Below, in pieces: positions 12,900-24,800 of a DNA stretch of 64,000 bases; the stretch's first letter is position 1, and each line of letters begins with the position of its first letter. Source of the stretch: Curvularia clavata (taxonomy: Eukaryota). Made by a program: the position numbers and the translations under genes. The DNA lies in the NCBI GenBank assembly GCA_023920165.1, contig CP089280.1:2294001-2358000 (forward strand). Reading direction: 5' to 3'. The notes beneath the pieces are model-generated. The model worked only from the letters and a program-made list of their open reading frames with translations. It ran no database searches and was not told the origin of the DNA.

Positions 12900-15341
12900 A
12901 TGGGTCTACCAGCGTACGTCATTGGGATTTAGATCAGTTTTCAGTGCACCCTACTGATAGACAGACGTAGCCTGTGGGATACTATCAGACGCCACGAGGA
13001 CGTCATCCCCATTGCCCAGCTTGCTGAAGATCACCACCGGCGTCATGGCAAGCCTCTCAGAATCGCCGTCGACGAGGCAGATTGGCGCTTCAACAACCTC
13101 ACAGCTCAGCAAGTCTACATGATTCGCGACAGTGAGTGATGAGCCGGCTAAGCCGTTGATGTACTGACAATAACAGTCAGCAATCAGCAAGCGTTTCAAG
13201 GCATCGAGAAAGCAATGTTCTACCGACTTTGCCGCCTCCTTACGCTGAACATTCAGCTCATATTTGTCTTCGATGGCCCTGGGCGCCCTTGGAAGCGAGG
13301 TAAGAGGGGCCAAGGGCGTATAAATTATGAAGAGAGGCGGTTACTACAAGACTTGCTCAAATATCTCGGAGTCCCATATCATGAGGCTCCTGGAGAGGCA
13401 GAGGCAGAATGCGCCCGTTTGCAGGTACTCGGTCTGGTTGATGCTGTTTGGTCACAAGATTCTGACAGCCTTATGTTTGGTTGTACTCTCTGGCTACATG
13501 ATCATCGTATTGCGAAAGATAAGGCCATAAAAGATCGTTCAAAAGATAACACAAAGAAGAATGGCAAGTATGCCTGTTTGGTACGGGCGGCCGACTTAAG
13601 AGAGAAGTATAAACTCGATCGAGAAGGATTTGTACTCTTCGCCATGCTCGTTGGCGGTGATTATGATACGACAGGTCTTCCGCGCTGTGGACCTGGTATA
13701 GCTTTACAAGCTATGAAGCAAGGCCTTGGAAAGAGTCTTTGCGAGTGTCGAAATCAACAAGAATGTTATCTTTGGAGTCGAGATCTAGCCCTGTTCCTGC
13801 AATCCAACCCTCAAGGACAGAGCATCAATGTACCTTCAGGCTTTCCGGACTATCAAACTCTGACAAAATACTACCGTCCAAAAGTCACTAGCGATAGAGA
13901 ACTGCTCACAAGCTCAACATTCAATTTGAATGACCAACGTCCCATACAGGAGCATGAACTCCTCAAACTTACAAGCGAGCGCTTTAACATTTGGGGCCGA
14001 CTGTATATGAACTGGATCGGACCAATCCTTCTTACGCGTGATCTTGTATCGAGGGAATCTAAGCCCAAGGAGCTGGTACATGATATCAGATTCCCTAAGC
14101 AGCGATCCAAGAAGACCGAGGAGCAGCCACCAGTGCAAAACCTTGAGCGTAAATTAACATTTTCGCCCTTTGGTGTTTCGTGTCTTCATAGGACTGATTT
14201 TGAAGGCGAGAAATTCGGTCACTGGAATGGAGACGACAAGGTACTCTTCGACCCTAACTATCGAGTAGAGTGCGAGATGCCAGAATACTGGCTTCGTAAA
14301 ACTTTACCAGATGATGCTTTCAACCCATCTGTTACAACACCCAAACCAGCTTCCAAACGCAAGCGAGCTGCAGACGATGCGGAGCAAGTTCAAAATACAT
14401 CCCATGATAAGACGAAGTACACACCTCACAAAGACAATGCTCGGGATACGGATGAGTCTCCTACGTCTGTCTTGAAAAGACCACGGCTATCTGCCCACAG
14501 GCTCACAACTCCGGCTAAATCAGGTCAATCCAATTCTCCAAATCTAGGAAAAGCACAACAGCTTCAAGATGTGATCGACCTTCTCGAATCAGATGACGAA
14601 GGAAACCAAGACTCCCTAGGCCTTCCTTCAAAGAAATCATCGTCTGTGGGAATGCCGGAGTCCTTCAACGGCTTTGGCGCATCTGCATCATCTAGTCGAG
14701 CCGTTTCCAGCATAACGAGACATCCATACGAAGATCCCACTGACTTCGATATATCAGATGAGGAAGACGCAGAACTACAGTATGCCTTGCAGCTTAGTTT
14801 GCAACAAAATCCTAACCACTCAATGCATCCTCCATCCAACAGGGGCAAATTCGAGGATATCTTTGCAATGAGAGAGGCGGGCCGGAACGTCCAGGGATCA
14901 TCAGTGCCTGCTTGGGAACTAGGTCAAAGGACTGACGACTTGTTCTCAACAAGCCCCTCATCCTCAAGTCGACGGTCAAGAGGCAACTTGTCTACTAGGG
15001 ACAGCCCTTCCATCAGAGGCACTCACGCAAATCTTGCAGTAGCTGGCGTAGTCGAGGCACTTAGTCGGTATTCTCAACAACCCAATTCAGCCCGAAGCCC
15101 GGTCTCCCGACCCACGGAGGAACAAAGCAGTCCCGCTGGTCAAAAGGCGAGCGCACCTGTCGGAGATTCTCTTGCTGATGTTCGAGCTGCCCGACTTCGG
15201 CATTTCGCTACGGCTCCTGTGTCTGCTGTGGGAAATGCAAGCAGTGAAGTTTCGTCAGCATCAGTGAGTAAATCGGCTGGTAAAAAAGCTTCACGAAAAG
15301 TTCCTGAAGGCATCGAGTGTATTGATCTGACTGACGATTGA
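12900..15341 (+). CDS. XPG/Rad2-family PIN-domain 5' nuclease, GEN1/Yen1-like
   Basis: Exons 12900-12913, 12971-13131, 13177-15341. MGLPALW..RIAVD (XPG-N), FVFDGP, APGEAEAECARLQ, WSQDSDSLMFG and GGDYDT.GL..CG (H3TH); long disordered C-terminus. Confidence 0.88.
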
Positions 15342-16407
15342 TTACGCTACGCGATTGATATTATGGCTCATTTATTTGCTGCCGGATAACATGAACTAGC
15401 TTTTGGTCCGCTGTTTCCATCGGTTCTCCGGCTAAACCGAGCTATCTCTCAAGTCTATCAGCGCGTAGAACTAATACATTCATGTGTGTTAGACACAAAA
15501 AGACGTGGCTCAAGAAGGAATGCAGGACAAGAATATCTTCAAAGCCTTGGGCCAATGATTCCGACAATTTTTCGTTGAAGAAAGTCGCCAGAGAATAATT
15601 CTTCGCATCTTGTGCGGCCGAAAGGGCAGGAGCATGGAACCAGAAGTCCACTGTCACCTTGATCGTTCCCTAGTCGATCACTTGGCATTTCTAGGGCACT
15701 GTGCTGAAGGAGAGATTTCAACCCTAACTGGAGGTTATGCAATGACGTTCGTGGCTTCAGGCCTGTGGCCGTTTGGCGTCACTGATCTTGGCGATTCGCT
15801 TGTTATCACAACAAGCAAGACGCGTCGCTGCCGTTACTAAGTCTAAAAGCTGGTTGACGAGTGGCCATCGACGGTTGGACAATGAGGAAGAAGGTAGAGC
15901 TATAGATGTCCTCTCATTCGGTATTTAGGGATTTGAGGTGTTGTATTTGGGCAGTACATTCTGGATACTACATCCATATTTTGTGCAAGCCTGAACCTGG
16001 CACTTGGGCAGATTCAGTAGAATGACTTTGACGACAAACAACGGGATGAGGATGGCTAAGCGTATGGCGTCAATTGTTGTTTTTTTTGACTTGATTTGTA
16101 GCTTGATTGTCATTTTTTCGTTGCTAGAAGCTCCACAATGTAGCGTGATTGTGAAGATGTGCAGCTACCTTTAAAGCAGGTTGTAAGGGTCCCTCCCGCA
16201 TTGTGAGTGCTGGAGACACACCATTAAATACTCTGCCAGGTTTGCATTCGATGACCTCTATGTGAGGCGGTTGGTAGGATTTCCACATCTGAGGAAAACC
16301 ATGAGTTTGGCTGGTGAGGCAAACGTGAACGTCACGTACTCCCTGTGTTTGTAGCATGGAGGGTCTTTCTTTGAGTAAAAAAAGACGCTCGTCAATGCAC
16401 ACTGGTC

Positions 16408-16915
16408 TCAACGCGGTAGACCGTTGCCAGCACCGCCACCCGAAGAGCTCATCTCTGTTCCACCATGACCCATCCTCACACCCGATCTAGGCCCAGGCTG
16501 CCTCGCCAGCGCAAGTCTCACAGGCTCTTCCAACGTATGCGCAGCCCCACTGCCACCAGATGCGACACCAGATGCACTGTTGCTTTGGGCTTCCGTCGCA
16601 GGTCCTCTTCTCAGCAACTCCTCCAGGCCTAGATCCCGCCATGTAGGCTCTTTCTTGGCTTGCGTGGCTCTCTGGATACCAAAAGCGGCATGTTGGTCTG
16701 GCACTACGTCATCCTCGTCTTCTGGATTTATGGGTTGAAGGTGTGGGGGTATGTAAATGTCTTCCGGCGACAGTTGAGACGATGTGAGGTTGGTGAATTG
16801 TTCTAAGAGATCGGCGTGATGCGACGCGTGCATGTGGAGGTATGTGGCTGTAGAGTCGCGCGTCTGCAGTGTGTTAATTTGGGTCATTGGGACAGAAGGG
16901 CAATGGGCATACCAT
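16408..16915 (-). CDS. Anaphase-promoting complex subunit Apc13-like
   Basis: ATG-only first exon 16913-16915, intron 16864-16912 (GTATGC..TTAAC..CTGCAG). Conserved IYIPPHLQPINPEDEDDVVPDQHAAFGI..WRDLGL. Confidence 0.8.
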
Positions 16916-17910
16916 TTTGTGTAGTGTTCTACTAAGAAGGCTTTCGGGTTACGGAAAAGATGTGGGTTGTTTACTTCTACTGTGTGTATGTCGCAAGTCC
17001 GGCGTTGCACGCTCGCTGGAGGACTGAATGGCCCCACTAACCAAATGCGGAACGCCTACCCGTGTGCTTCTTTTATATCAACCTCACTCCATTCCCTGGG
17101 TCTTTCTTTTGGCTTTCTCAGATGTTTTACCTGTACTTCTCCTTCTGAATGTTCTTTTTAGGAATAGATATATTGAGTACCTAATTCCACCTTTAATATG
17201 AATAAGAAAACGATATTCGTTACCCAAGTACGTCTGCAAACGACCGGTAGCATCATTTACAACACTTCAATGGCATTAAATCGACTTATCACACCCTCAA
17301 TGGTACAATCTGAACTAGATATATCTATGGAATATGTAAAAAGAGCACGAAATGGATGCTTGGTTCCTCTGTGTACGCGATATGACAAACCCACCACTGT
17401 ACGGCTGGCCAGGGTACATACTGACACCACATAACAGGTAAGAGAACGCATTTTGAATCCGACTCTTTCTATACATACAGGGCCGAATCCTCGTTCGCGG
17501 AAGTTAGTGACAAGAAACGCTAACAACCATATAGCCGATATGTTGCGTGAACGAGCATAGGAATGGGTTGGGAGATAGATCACTGAACTAATAACTACGA
17601 AAGATCGCTGCTCTGTTTATCCTGTGTCTCTACAGATAGCCTGGCTTAGATCATGTGATCAGAAGTCTGATATCAGGTAAACGATCAGGCGTCCCACCAA
17701 GATCGTTCAGTTTGTTCAGCCTCCGCCTTGATTGCCGAGGCTACGAATCCTACTGCCAGCTATTCCAGAACCTTCACACGTTTTATCGTAAGTCATCTGT
17801 ATTTCTGCCGTTCCAAGGAATTGCAAAGCCTAAACCTCCCTTCTTAAAGAATTCGCATTCTGCTTCAGTCTGAGTTCTCATCGCTCGCCGAACTTCACTA
17901 ACTCACAATC

Positions 17911-18397
17911 ATGGCTGAAGGACGCTGCAACTGTGGGCAGATCAAGGTCTCCATTCCCGCCTTGCCTGAGGAATCGCTGTTGTGTTGCTGGTATGTAACT
18001 TGCTCTGCATCCTTTATCATATTAACTCCGAAAGTTCAAATTGCCGCCGCTCAGGATCAAGCGTGGGCGCCATCATATACGCCTTTGATACATCTGAAGT
18101 CACGATCAACGACCCTAATAGCAATCTCAAGAAGTACCAAGATAACGATACCAAGAGCGGAAAATCCCTTATACGTCAATTCTGTGGCAACTGCGGATGG
18201 TATGTTTCATTAATCATTGCTCCTGAAACGTGGCTGATTGATACAGCCCAATTGCTTCCTTGAACTCGGGTGACCCCCCGAAGGTGTTTCTGTGCGGTGG
18301 CCTGTTCGAACAAATACCTGCACCGGGGCAAAAACTCTTTGAGGAACAAGAGCCTAGCTGGATGCGTGTTGTCAAGACTGGCGAGAAGAAATTGTAA
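17911..18397 (+). CDS. GFA/CENP-V (Mss4-like) zinc-binding protein
   Basis: Introns 17991-18034 and 18200-18246. CxC (GRCNCG), CxCxxC (CCCSNCRR) and RQFCGNCG pattern; ends EKKL*. Confidence 0.85.
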
Positions 18398-19530
18398 CGA
18401 GTACAGCGATTGATACATAATATCTCAAGATAGATCAACGTGGATGCAAAAGTACTTTGATACATCTATTTCCAAATCTGATCAGTACACTTGTACGCCT
18501 AGTCGATACGATTAACTTGTACCTTGACGCTACTCGATCAGCCCTGTATTTCGGTTGTGTAGACGACTTCTAGAATGCAGTTCTTTTAGACACAAGGACT
18601 GCTGTGACAGCCTACTTGTATGCAAATGGATGAGGCCCAGTCCAATAGCTCTTCTGGCCCTGGTCATCAATTATACTAGGCGCAGGCGGTGGTAATGTTG
18701 CTAGTACCGAAATTCAGGTCGCTTTTCTCTCCACAGACATCTGAAAGACCTACGTCTACTAAATCTATGTACTCTCGAGTTTCTGGATTCCTACTCCGCT
18801 TTCTAAATCCATGAGAAGACACTCTTCGCTCGTTGAAGCAAGCTTGTTATACCCCACCTCTTGAATTGCTCGTTTTCATTGAATGATTCTTCAACCGTCA
18901 ACAAAACTCTCCAACCCAGGTGCTTCCCAGTTGTCTTGAGGATAAGCCATCGTAGCGCTACGCAACATTATCGACTTCAGCATGACAAAAGATGAGAGGC
19001 CATCTTTCTCTAGTGACTTGATAAAACGACAGCCAAATCACGACTAACTCTTCTTTATGTCACACCACCAGTAGACGCCAAGCCATCACAGACACGCTCT
19101 CCACGTGCGCCATCGCGAAAGCAAGACACCGCTCGATCCCCGCGCGCCGCGCAACCGGAGCTTTCTTGGCTGCCCCCCACCACGCCCAACCTCACTGGAT
19201 AGAGCAGCCAAGCATCGTCAAACAGCGTAGATTGCGCTCAAACAGCGCACAGGACCTGCCAAGCGCGTCCAGCCATGTCGGATAAATTAGATGGGGAGGG
19301 GTGGAACAGGAAGATCATTAGCATCATGAAACGTGGCTTTCCACATAACTAGATAAACTCCTACCTAGTTGCAAAGTGCGGGTGTGGAAACATGTTGTAA
19401 TCTACTTACTATTTCATTCCTCTTCTTCTCCTTCGTTTCCGCTTTCCGACTAGTAAGCTGTTGATTGAACATATTGAATCGCGATCGCGACGAAAGAAAG
19501 AGCTGGGAAATGATGCATCGAAACGCGGCC

Positions 19531-20977
19531 ATGTCGTCGCACAAGAAGCGACCGTCTTCGCGTTTTCATCTCGCACTCTCCGCGTTGGTCTTGACGGCAG
19601 CTGCGCGCACGGCTAGGGCACAGGAAGAAATATACTACGAGCCGCGCAGCGCAGTAATCCATGATGGACTTATCAACAAGCCAACTAATGTGTGTCCGGT
19701 GTCATATGGGGGCATAGAAGCGTCGAAGACGTTTCCCTGGACGCACAACCCGACGTGCGTGGATGTGACAGCAGATGGGGCCAGCAAGACATTTTGCGCG
19801 TATACAAATGCCGGGTACAACAACGGTCGCGGCATCAGCTTTGTCGTAACCCCCGAAGTTGCGGCTAGTGTATCGATGGACACGTTTGGAATGGGGATTG
19901 GTGGCTTGGAAGGACAGGTTGGGGAAGAGACGGGCATGTGGGAGGTGCGAGATGCGGGAGTTAAGGGAAAAGGATTGTTTGCGAAAAAGGATATTGGAGC
20001 CATTTTTGCAGGCGAGAGTTTGATTGTGCAGACACCAGTCTTGTTTGTTGCGAAGGATGTACTGGATGATTCGAGTATCGCCAAGACACAGCGGGTATTG
20101 GAGAAAGCCATGGAGCAGTTACCGGAGAAATCAAGGATGCTAGTCAAAAAGCTGAGTGGGAATAAAGACGGCTCGGCAGAGGACATTGTTACGACGAACA
20201 GCATTGGTGTCAAGTGGCCATGGGTGGACGAGATACCTGAGTTGCTGAGTGTTACTCCCGAGATTGCTGTAAGTCTCTGTCGTGATATCTATGGTGTACG
20301 GAACTGACATGTCTGCAGCGAATCAACCATGCATGCCGTCCAAACACCCTTTGGCGCTTCAGCGACTATACTCTCACTTTCGATGTGTTTGCGCTTAGAG
20401 AAATCAAGCCAGGCGAGGAGATAACGCGGAGCTGTAAGTCTACCATCTCTGATTTGAGAGTTTGGAGACGGACGACTGACATCCCTTAGATGGCTATGAG
20501 AAGCGACCGCATAGGCGCCGTGTTATGTCCCTCGAAGCCAATTGCGGATTCACATGCGCATGTCCATTATGCACAGCCTCGGATGAAGAAATCATGGCCT
20601 CCAATGACCGTCTCAGTGAGATCAAAGCTTTGAAATCCGTTATGCCTACAGATGAAACAGATGCGCCAAGGTTTCTCGAGCTGTTGCCGAGCCTTATCAA
20701 GCACCTGGAAGAAGAAGGCTTGATAGCCGAGCTTCCTGGATACGAAGAGACCCTGGCATACACGTGGAGCATGTTTGGCAAGGAGGATGAGGCCAGGTAT
20801 TGGGCGGGAAGGGCGCAAAAGCACTGGGCGGTTATCGCGGGTAAGGAGAGTTGGGAGCAAAGAAGATGTGGAGACATGGAGAGAGACGTCAAGAGTCACA
20901 AGACGTGGAAGTCATGGAAGGGGGAGCCTTTGGATGGGAAGAAAGAAGATGAAGATGAGGATGAAGATGAAGACTGA
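19531..20977 (+). CDS. SET-domain protein with N-terminal signal-peptide-like segment
   Basis: Introns 20269-20318 and 20434-20489. GKGLFA, RINHACRPN, EEITRSY and post-SET FTCACPLC; acidic tail. Start could be 19510 or 19531. Confidence 0.82.
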
Positions 20978-21090
20978 GTGTTTTGGCACAGCCAAGAAAG
21001 AGAGACCCAAATGGATCCAGAAAATAAGAGGGAATTGTACAGGACCGCAAAGACTTCCTAAATGCACGATTCGTAAGATTGGAGAACGTT

Positions 21091-21988
21091 TCAATCGTCG
21101 AAAAACTTCCCGTTTCCATGTGTACGACACAGTCTCCAAGTATGCACTTCACTCTCTATCGGTCCCCAGCCTCCAATTTCTTCGGCCCGGCTCAATTCCT
21201 TGTTAGAAATGGAGATAAGGCTCTCCCGAACTCTACCTTCAGGCAGTTCGGAGAATTCATGGATAGTCACCCACTTGGGTGGGTCGGGATACGGCTCATC
21301 CGTGGTAGGCAAACCCTTCAGAGCGCGTGACTGAGCGTTTGTCCGTGCGTACAGCAGCTTAAAGTATAGAGTGCGGATGTAATGTGAGGTATTCGAAAGA
21401 TCTCTTGTTTGCTAGTGGCCCATATCAGTACGTAAGTCACTCTGAAAAAGAGAATAATTGTTACCTGGCTGTAGAATGTCATGACCTCGTCACGACCGGG
21501 GTCGTTTTCTGGTTTGATACCGAAGGTGATGATGTATTTGGCTGACCCTGTCATCATGAGTACATATTTAGGGTCAGTTCAGGTCCTAACGTACCGTCTC
21601 CAGTACTGTTCTTCCTCGGCGTAGCACCGAGAAAACCCAAGTAGCTAACATCCATATCGGCAAGATCGTAAATGATACCACTGCCAGGAAGAAACGGGCT
21701 CTTGATATTGATGGCCTTGAACTCATTGCTTTGGGTGAAGGCCAAGTCGTGCATCGGGTAACATACTAAGTATGGCTTGTGGTTTTGAGCGTCGCCCGTA
21801 GGAGATGTCTTGTCAATATCCTGGTAGCGAAAGCCACTCTTGATACTACCGGCAGACACGACTTCTGGAATATGTTCCTCATCGTACCACTTGACAAACA
21901 CACTCTCATTCAAAACATCTTTACTTGCTAGTGCGATACGAGAACGGACAAAGAGCATGCCCGGGCCGCAGATGGCTTCGTTAAACAT
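21091..21988 (-). CDS. Hypothetical protein, EthD/dimeric alpha-beta barrel-like
   Basis: Introns 21548-21594 and 21412-21464 join three ORFs in frame. WYDEEHIPEVV motif is typical of fungal EthD-like proteins. Confidence 0.65.
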
Positions 21989-22505
21989 TGTTGGATCGAA
22001 GTTGAAGAGGAAAATAGTTTAGATGTTTGATCTTTGGAAGTGCAGTCGCCTATGTACAAAATCTCAATACCGGTTTAGGCAAAAACGCTAGTAGTGTTAC
22101 ATATCGTTTCCCCCATTGAATATTGTAGGTGGCAAGGCCGGGTACTTGAGGTGATGTGATCCGGATATACATTACCGATTCACGGGTAGACGGTACCCCG
22201 CTTTGGGCGAAACAGCAATATCAAACGCGGAATCTATAACGTCCAGTACTAGGTGAGTGGGAGCCATCATCGGTAGCCTGATTTCCCTCAATCTCCTGCA
22301 CGTGATGAATAGAATGTTCCATGTCGGAATTTCCTAACGACAAGCCGATAGGCGTATGCGAAATGGCAGATGTCCGTCTAACACAAGCATGGGAGGGATG
22401 TGGTGGCACATCACGTGAACACGTGATAGAGTAGACTGCACAGTACAACCCTCCGCGAAGTCCCCGCCGCTTGGGCAGTCCGCTCTTATACGGCGTTGAA
22501 GTAGT

Positions 22506-23090
22506 TCAAAGCTTTGATTTCTCAACGACCAGCTTCTCGAGGCCTGTCTTCAAAGCCTCGGTCATACCACGTTCTCTTGGTCGTCGGCTTTCGCGATCGA
22601 CAAAGACATGGATGAACTCTCCTACCGCCTTGACCTCTTCCTGTCCCTGCTCAAAGACGCCAATCTCGTATGTGACGGAGCTCTTTCCTAGCTTATTCAC
22701 CCTCAGGGAAAGGTCAATGACGGCGGGAAATTCGACTGGGGCAAAATAGTTGCAATGTGAGTGTACGACAAGGCCGATATCGAGTGAGGTAGGTGGGTGC
22801 AGTGAGCAGTGCTGGATCAGGTATGTGTTGACTACAGAATCGAAGCTTGCGTCTTGTCAGCAAGCAAGGAAGGCATAGTTGAACTTGATAGAAGAGCAAG
22901 CATACAGGTAATAGTAGACACTGTTGTTCATGTGGTGATACATGTCATTGTCGCTCCTAGATGCTGTCAGCGTTGTACGCTAAGCACAGGATCATGATGA
23001 GAATGGTAGCATGACATACCATCGCGTCCTGTACTCGAGCGTGAATTTGTAGTCGCTGCGACGGCGCGACTTGAGCACCTCGAGAGCCAT
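22506..23090 (-). CDS. Hotdog-fold acyl-CoA thioesterase (4HBT family), PTS1 SKL
   Basis: Introns 22957-23019 and 22846-22905. RTRWSDNDMYHHMNNSVY, LGKSSVTYEIGVF and HVFVDR motifs; ends EKSKL*. Confidence 0.88.
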
Positions 23091-23347
23091 GGCTGGTATG
23101 GCTGGAATGGTGTTGAGTGGTGCAACGGGTGTCGTGCCGTCGACGATGAGATGAACGCGATTGAGCCTCGGCTCGCGCTTGGTAGTCCGGTTGCCCCCAC
23201 GTCACCCCCAACTTTTTTCCATGCACTCTTCCACCCCTCCAAGCCCCTCCAAGCCCCGCGATTCTGGCGCCGTCTCCGCGCATCCTCGCATTCCTCGCCT
23301 CCAAGGGCCGCCTGCCCGTCGCCCACACTCGTACAGGCTCTCCCTCA

Positions 23348-24748
23348 ATGGCCCTCGTTCCCTCTCCTCCGCGAGACAAATATCCGCCCTCGCCTGACGA
23401 CAAATTTCCTTGGAAGGACCCGCCGCCGGTAGCCATTACGCCCTGCGACCCTTGGCCGCCGCCATACTACCTCGAAGATGGCCTGCGCAAGGTGACGCCC
23501 TACCATTACACCTACAACACCTACTGCAAGCAGCGATGGCGTGGCCGTGAAATCCTCGACATTTTTGCTAGCGAGTTCCGCGACCGCCCCACCGAGTACT
23601 ACGAGCAAGCCATCCGCGACGGCCGTGTAGTTGTCAACGGCAAACCTGTTCCTAGCACAAAGACCATCATAAACAACGGCGACGTTATTTCTCACACGCT
23701 GCATCGCCATGAGCCTCCCTGCACCGCCCAGCCCATTGGCATCGTCCACGAGGACGATGACATGATTGTCATCAACAAGCCCGCAGGCATTCCCGTCCAC
23801 CCAGCCGGCCGCTACAACTTCAACTCCGTCATCGAGATTATGCGTGCCGACCGCGGCTACGGCTGGAATCCCCTGCCTTGCAACAGGCTTGATCGCCTGA
23901 CAAGTGGCATCATGTTCATTGGAAAACACAAGCAGGCTGCGGAGGACCTCAGTGCACAGATACGGGGAAGGACTGTCAAGAAAGAGTACATCACTCGAGT
24001 CGTGGGCGAGTTCCCAGAGGGCGAGATTCTCTGCGAAAAGCCCATTCTCCAGATCAGCCCTAAGCTCGGTCTCAACCGCGTGCGTGCCAACGGCAAGGAA
24101 GCCAAGACGGTCTTCAAGCGACTGGCATATTACCCGCCGAAGGACAATGGTAATGGCACCCAAGAGCAAGAAAGCGAGACAGGCCCCGACGGCCAACCAT
24201 GGAAGAAACTCCGTGGCTATTCCATTGTTCGCTGCTTCCCGGTCACAGGCCGGACTCACCAGCTGCGCGTCCACCTCCAGTTTCTCGGTCATCCCATCTC
24301 AAACGATCCCATCTACGCTAACCAGCGTGTCTTTGGGCCGTCCCTCGGCCGCGGACAATCGGAAGATGAAGATGACGAGGACATAATGTCACGCCTCTCT
24401 CGCATGGGCAAGGAAGAAGTCGCTGATGCAGTCGCTTACCATGATGAAATGGTCGATGCATACAATAAGCGCAAGGCCGAACGCATGACTGGTGAGAAGT
24501 GCAAAGTGTGCGACACAGATCTATACAGCGACCCTGGCGTGCATGAGTTAGGAATTTATCTCCATGCCAGGAGATATCGATGCGAGGAAGGAAAGTGGGA
24601 TTATCAGACCGGCCTGCCAGATTGGGCACTCCCGCCGCCAGGCTACGAGGGCCCAACTGAGAGCACAGAAGAGAGTGATCCCTTGGCTGTTGATTTGAAA
24701 AAGTTGGGTTTGGATGACGAAGACACTAAAGAAACGATTGACGCTTGA
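23348..24748 (+). CDS. RluA-family tRNA pseudouridine(32) synthase (Rib2/Pus9-like)
   Basis: Intronless 466 aa. INKPAG.PVHP, catalytic NRLDRLTSG, TGRTHQLRVHLQFLGHPISNDPIY and YLHA. Confidence 0.92.
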   Translation: MALVPSPPRDKYPPSPDDKFPWKDPPPVAITPCDPWPPPYYLEDGLRKVTPYHYTYNTYCKQRWRGREILDIFASEFRDRPTEYYEQAIRDGRVVVNGKPVPSTKTIINNGDVISHTLHRHEPPCTAQPIGIVHEDDDMIVINKPAGIPVHPAGRYNFNSVIEIMRADRGYGWNPLPCNRLDRLTSGIMFIGKHKQAAEDLSAQIRGRTVKKEYITRVVGEFPEGEILCEKPILQISPKLGLNRVRANGKEAKTVFKRLAYYPPKDNGNGTQEQESETGPDGQPWKKLRGYSIVRCFPVTGRTHQLRVHLQFLGHPISNDPIYANQRVFGPSLGRGQSEDEDDEDIMSRLSRMGKEEVADAVAYHDEMVDAYNKRKAERMTGEKCKVCDTDLYSDPGVHELGIYLHARRYRCEEGKWDYQTGLPDWALPPPGYEGPTESTEESDPLAVDLKKLGLDDEDTKETIDA

Positions 24749-24800
24749 TAGAAAAAAAAGTTAGTTTTAAGATACCCACCAATACATTCTTACTCGCTGC

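Noticed and set aside
23345..24292. 315-aa antisense ORF over the pseudouridine synthase
   Set aside because: Mirror frame of a codon-biased gene; no recognisable motifs.
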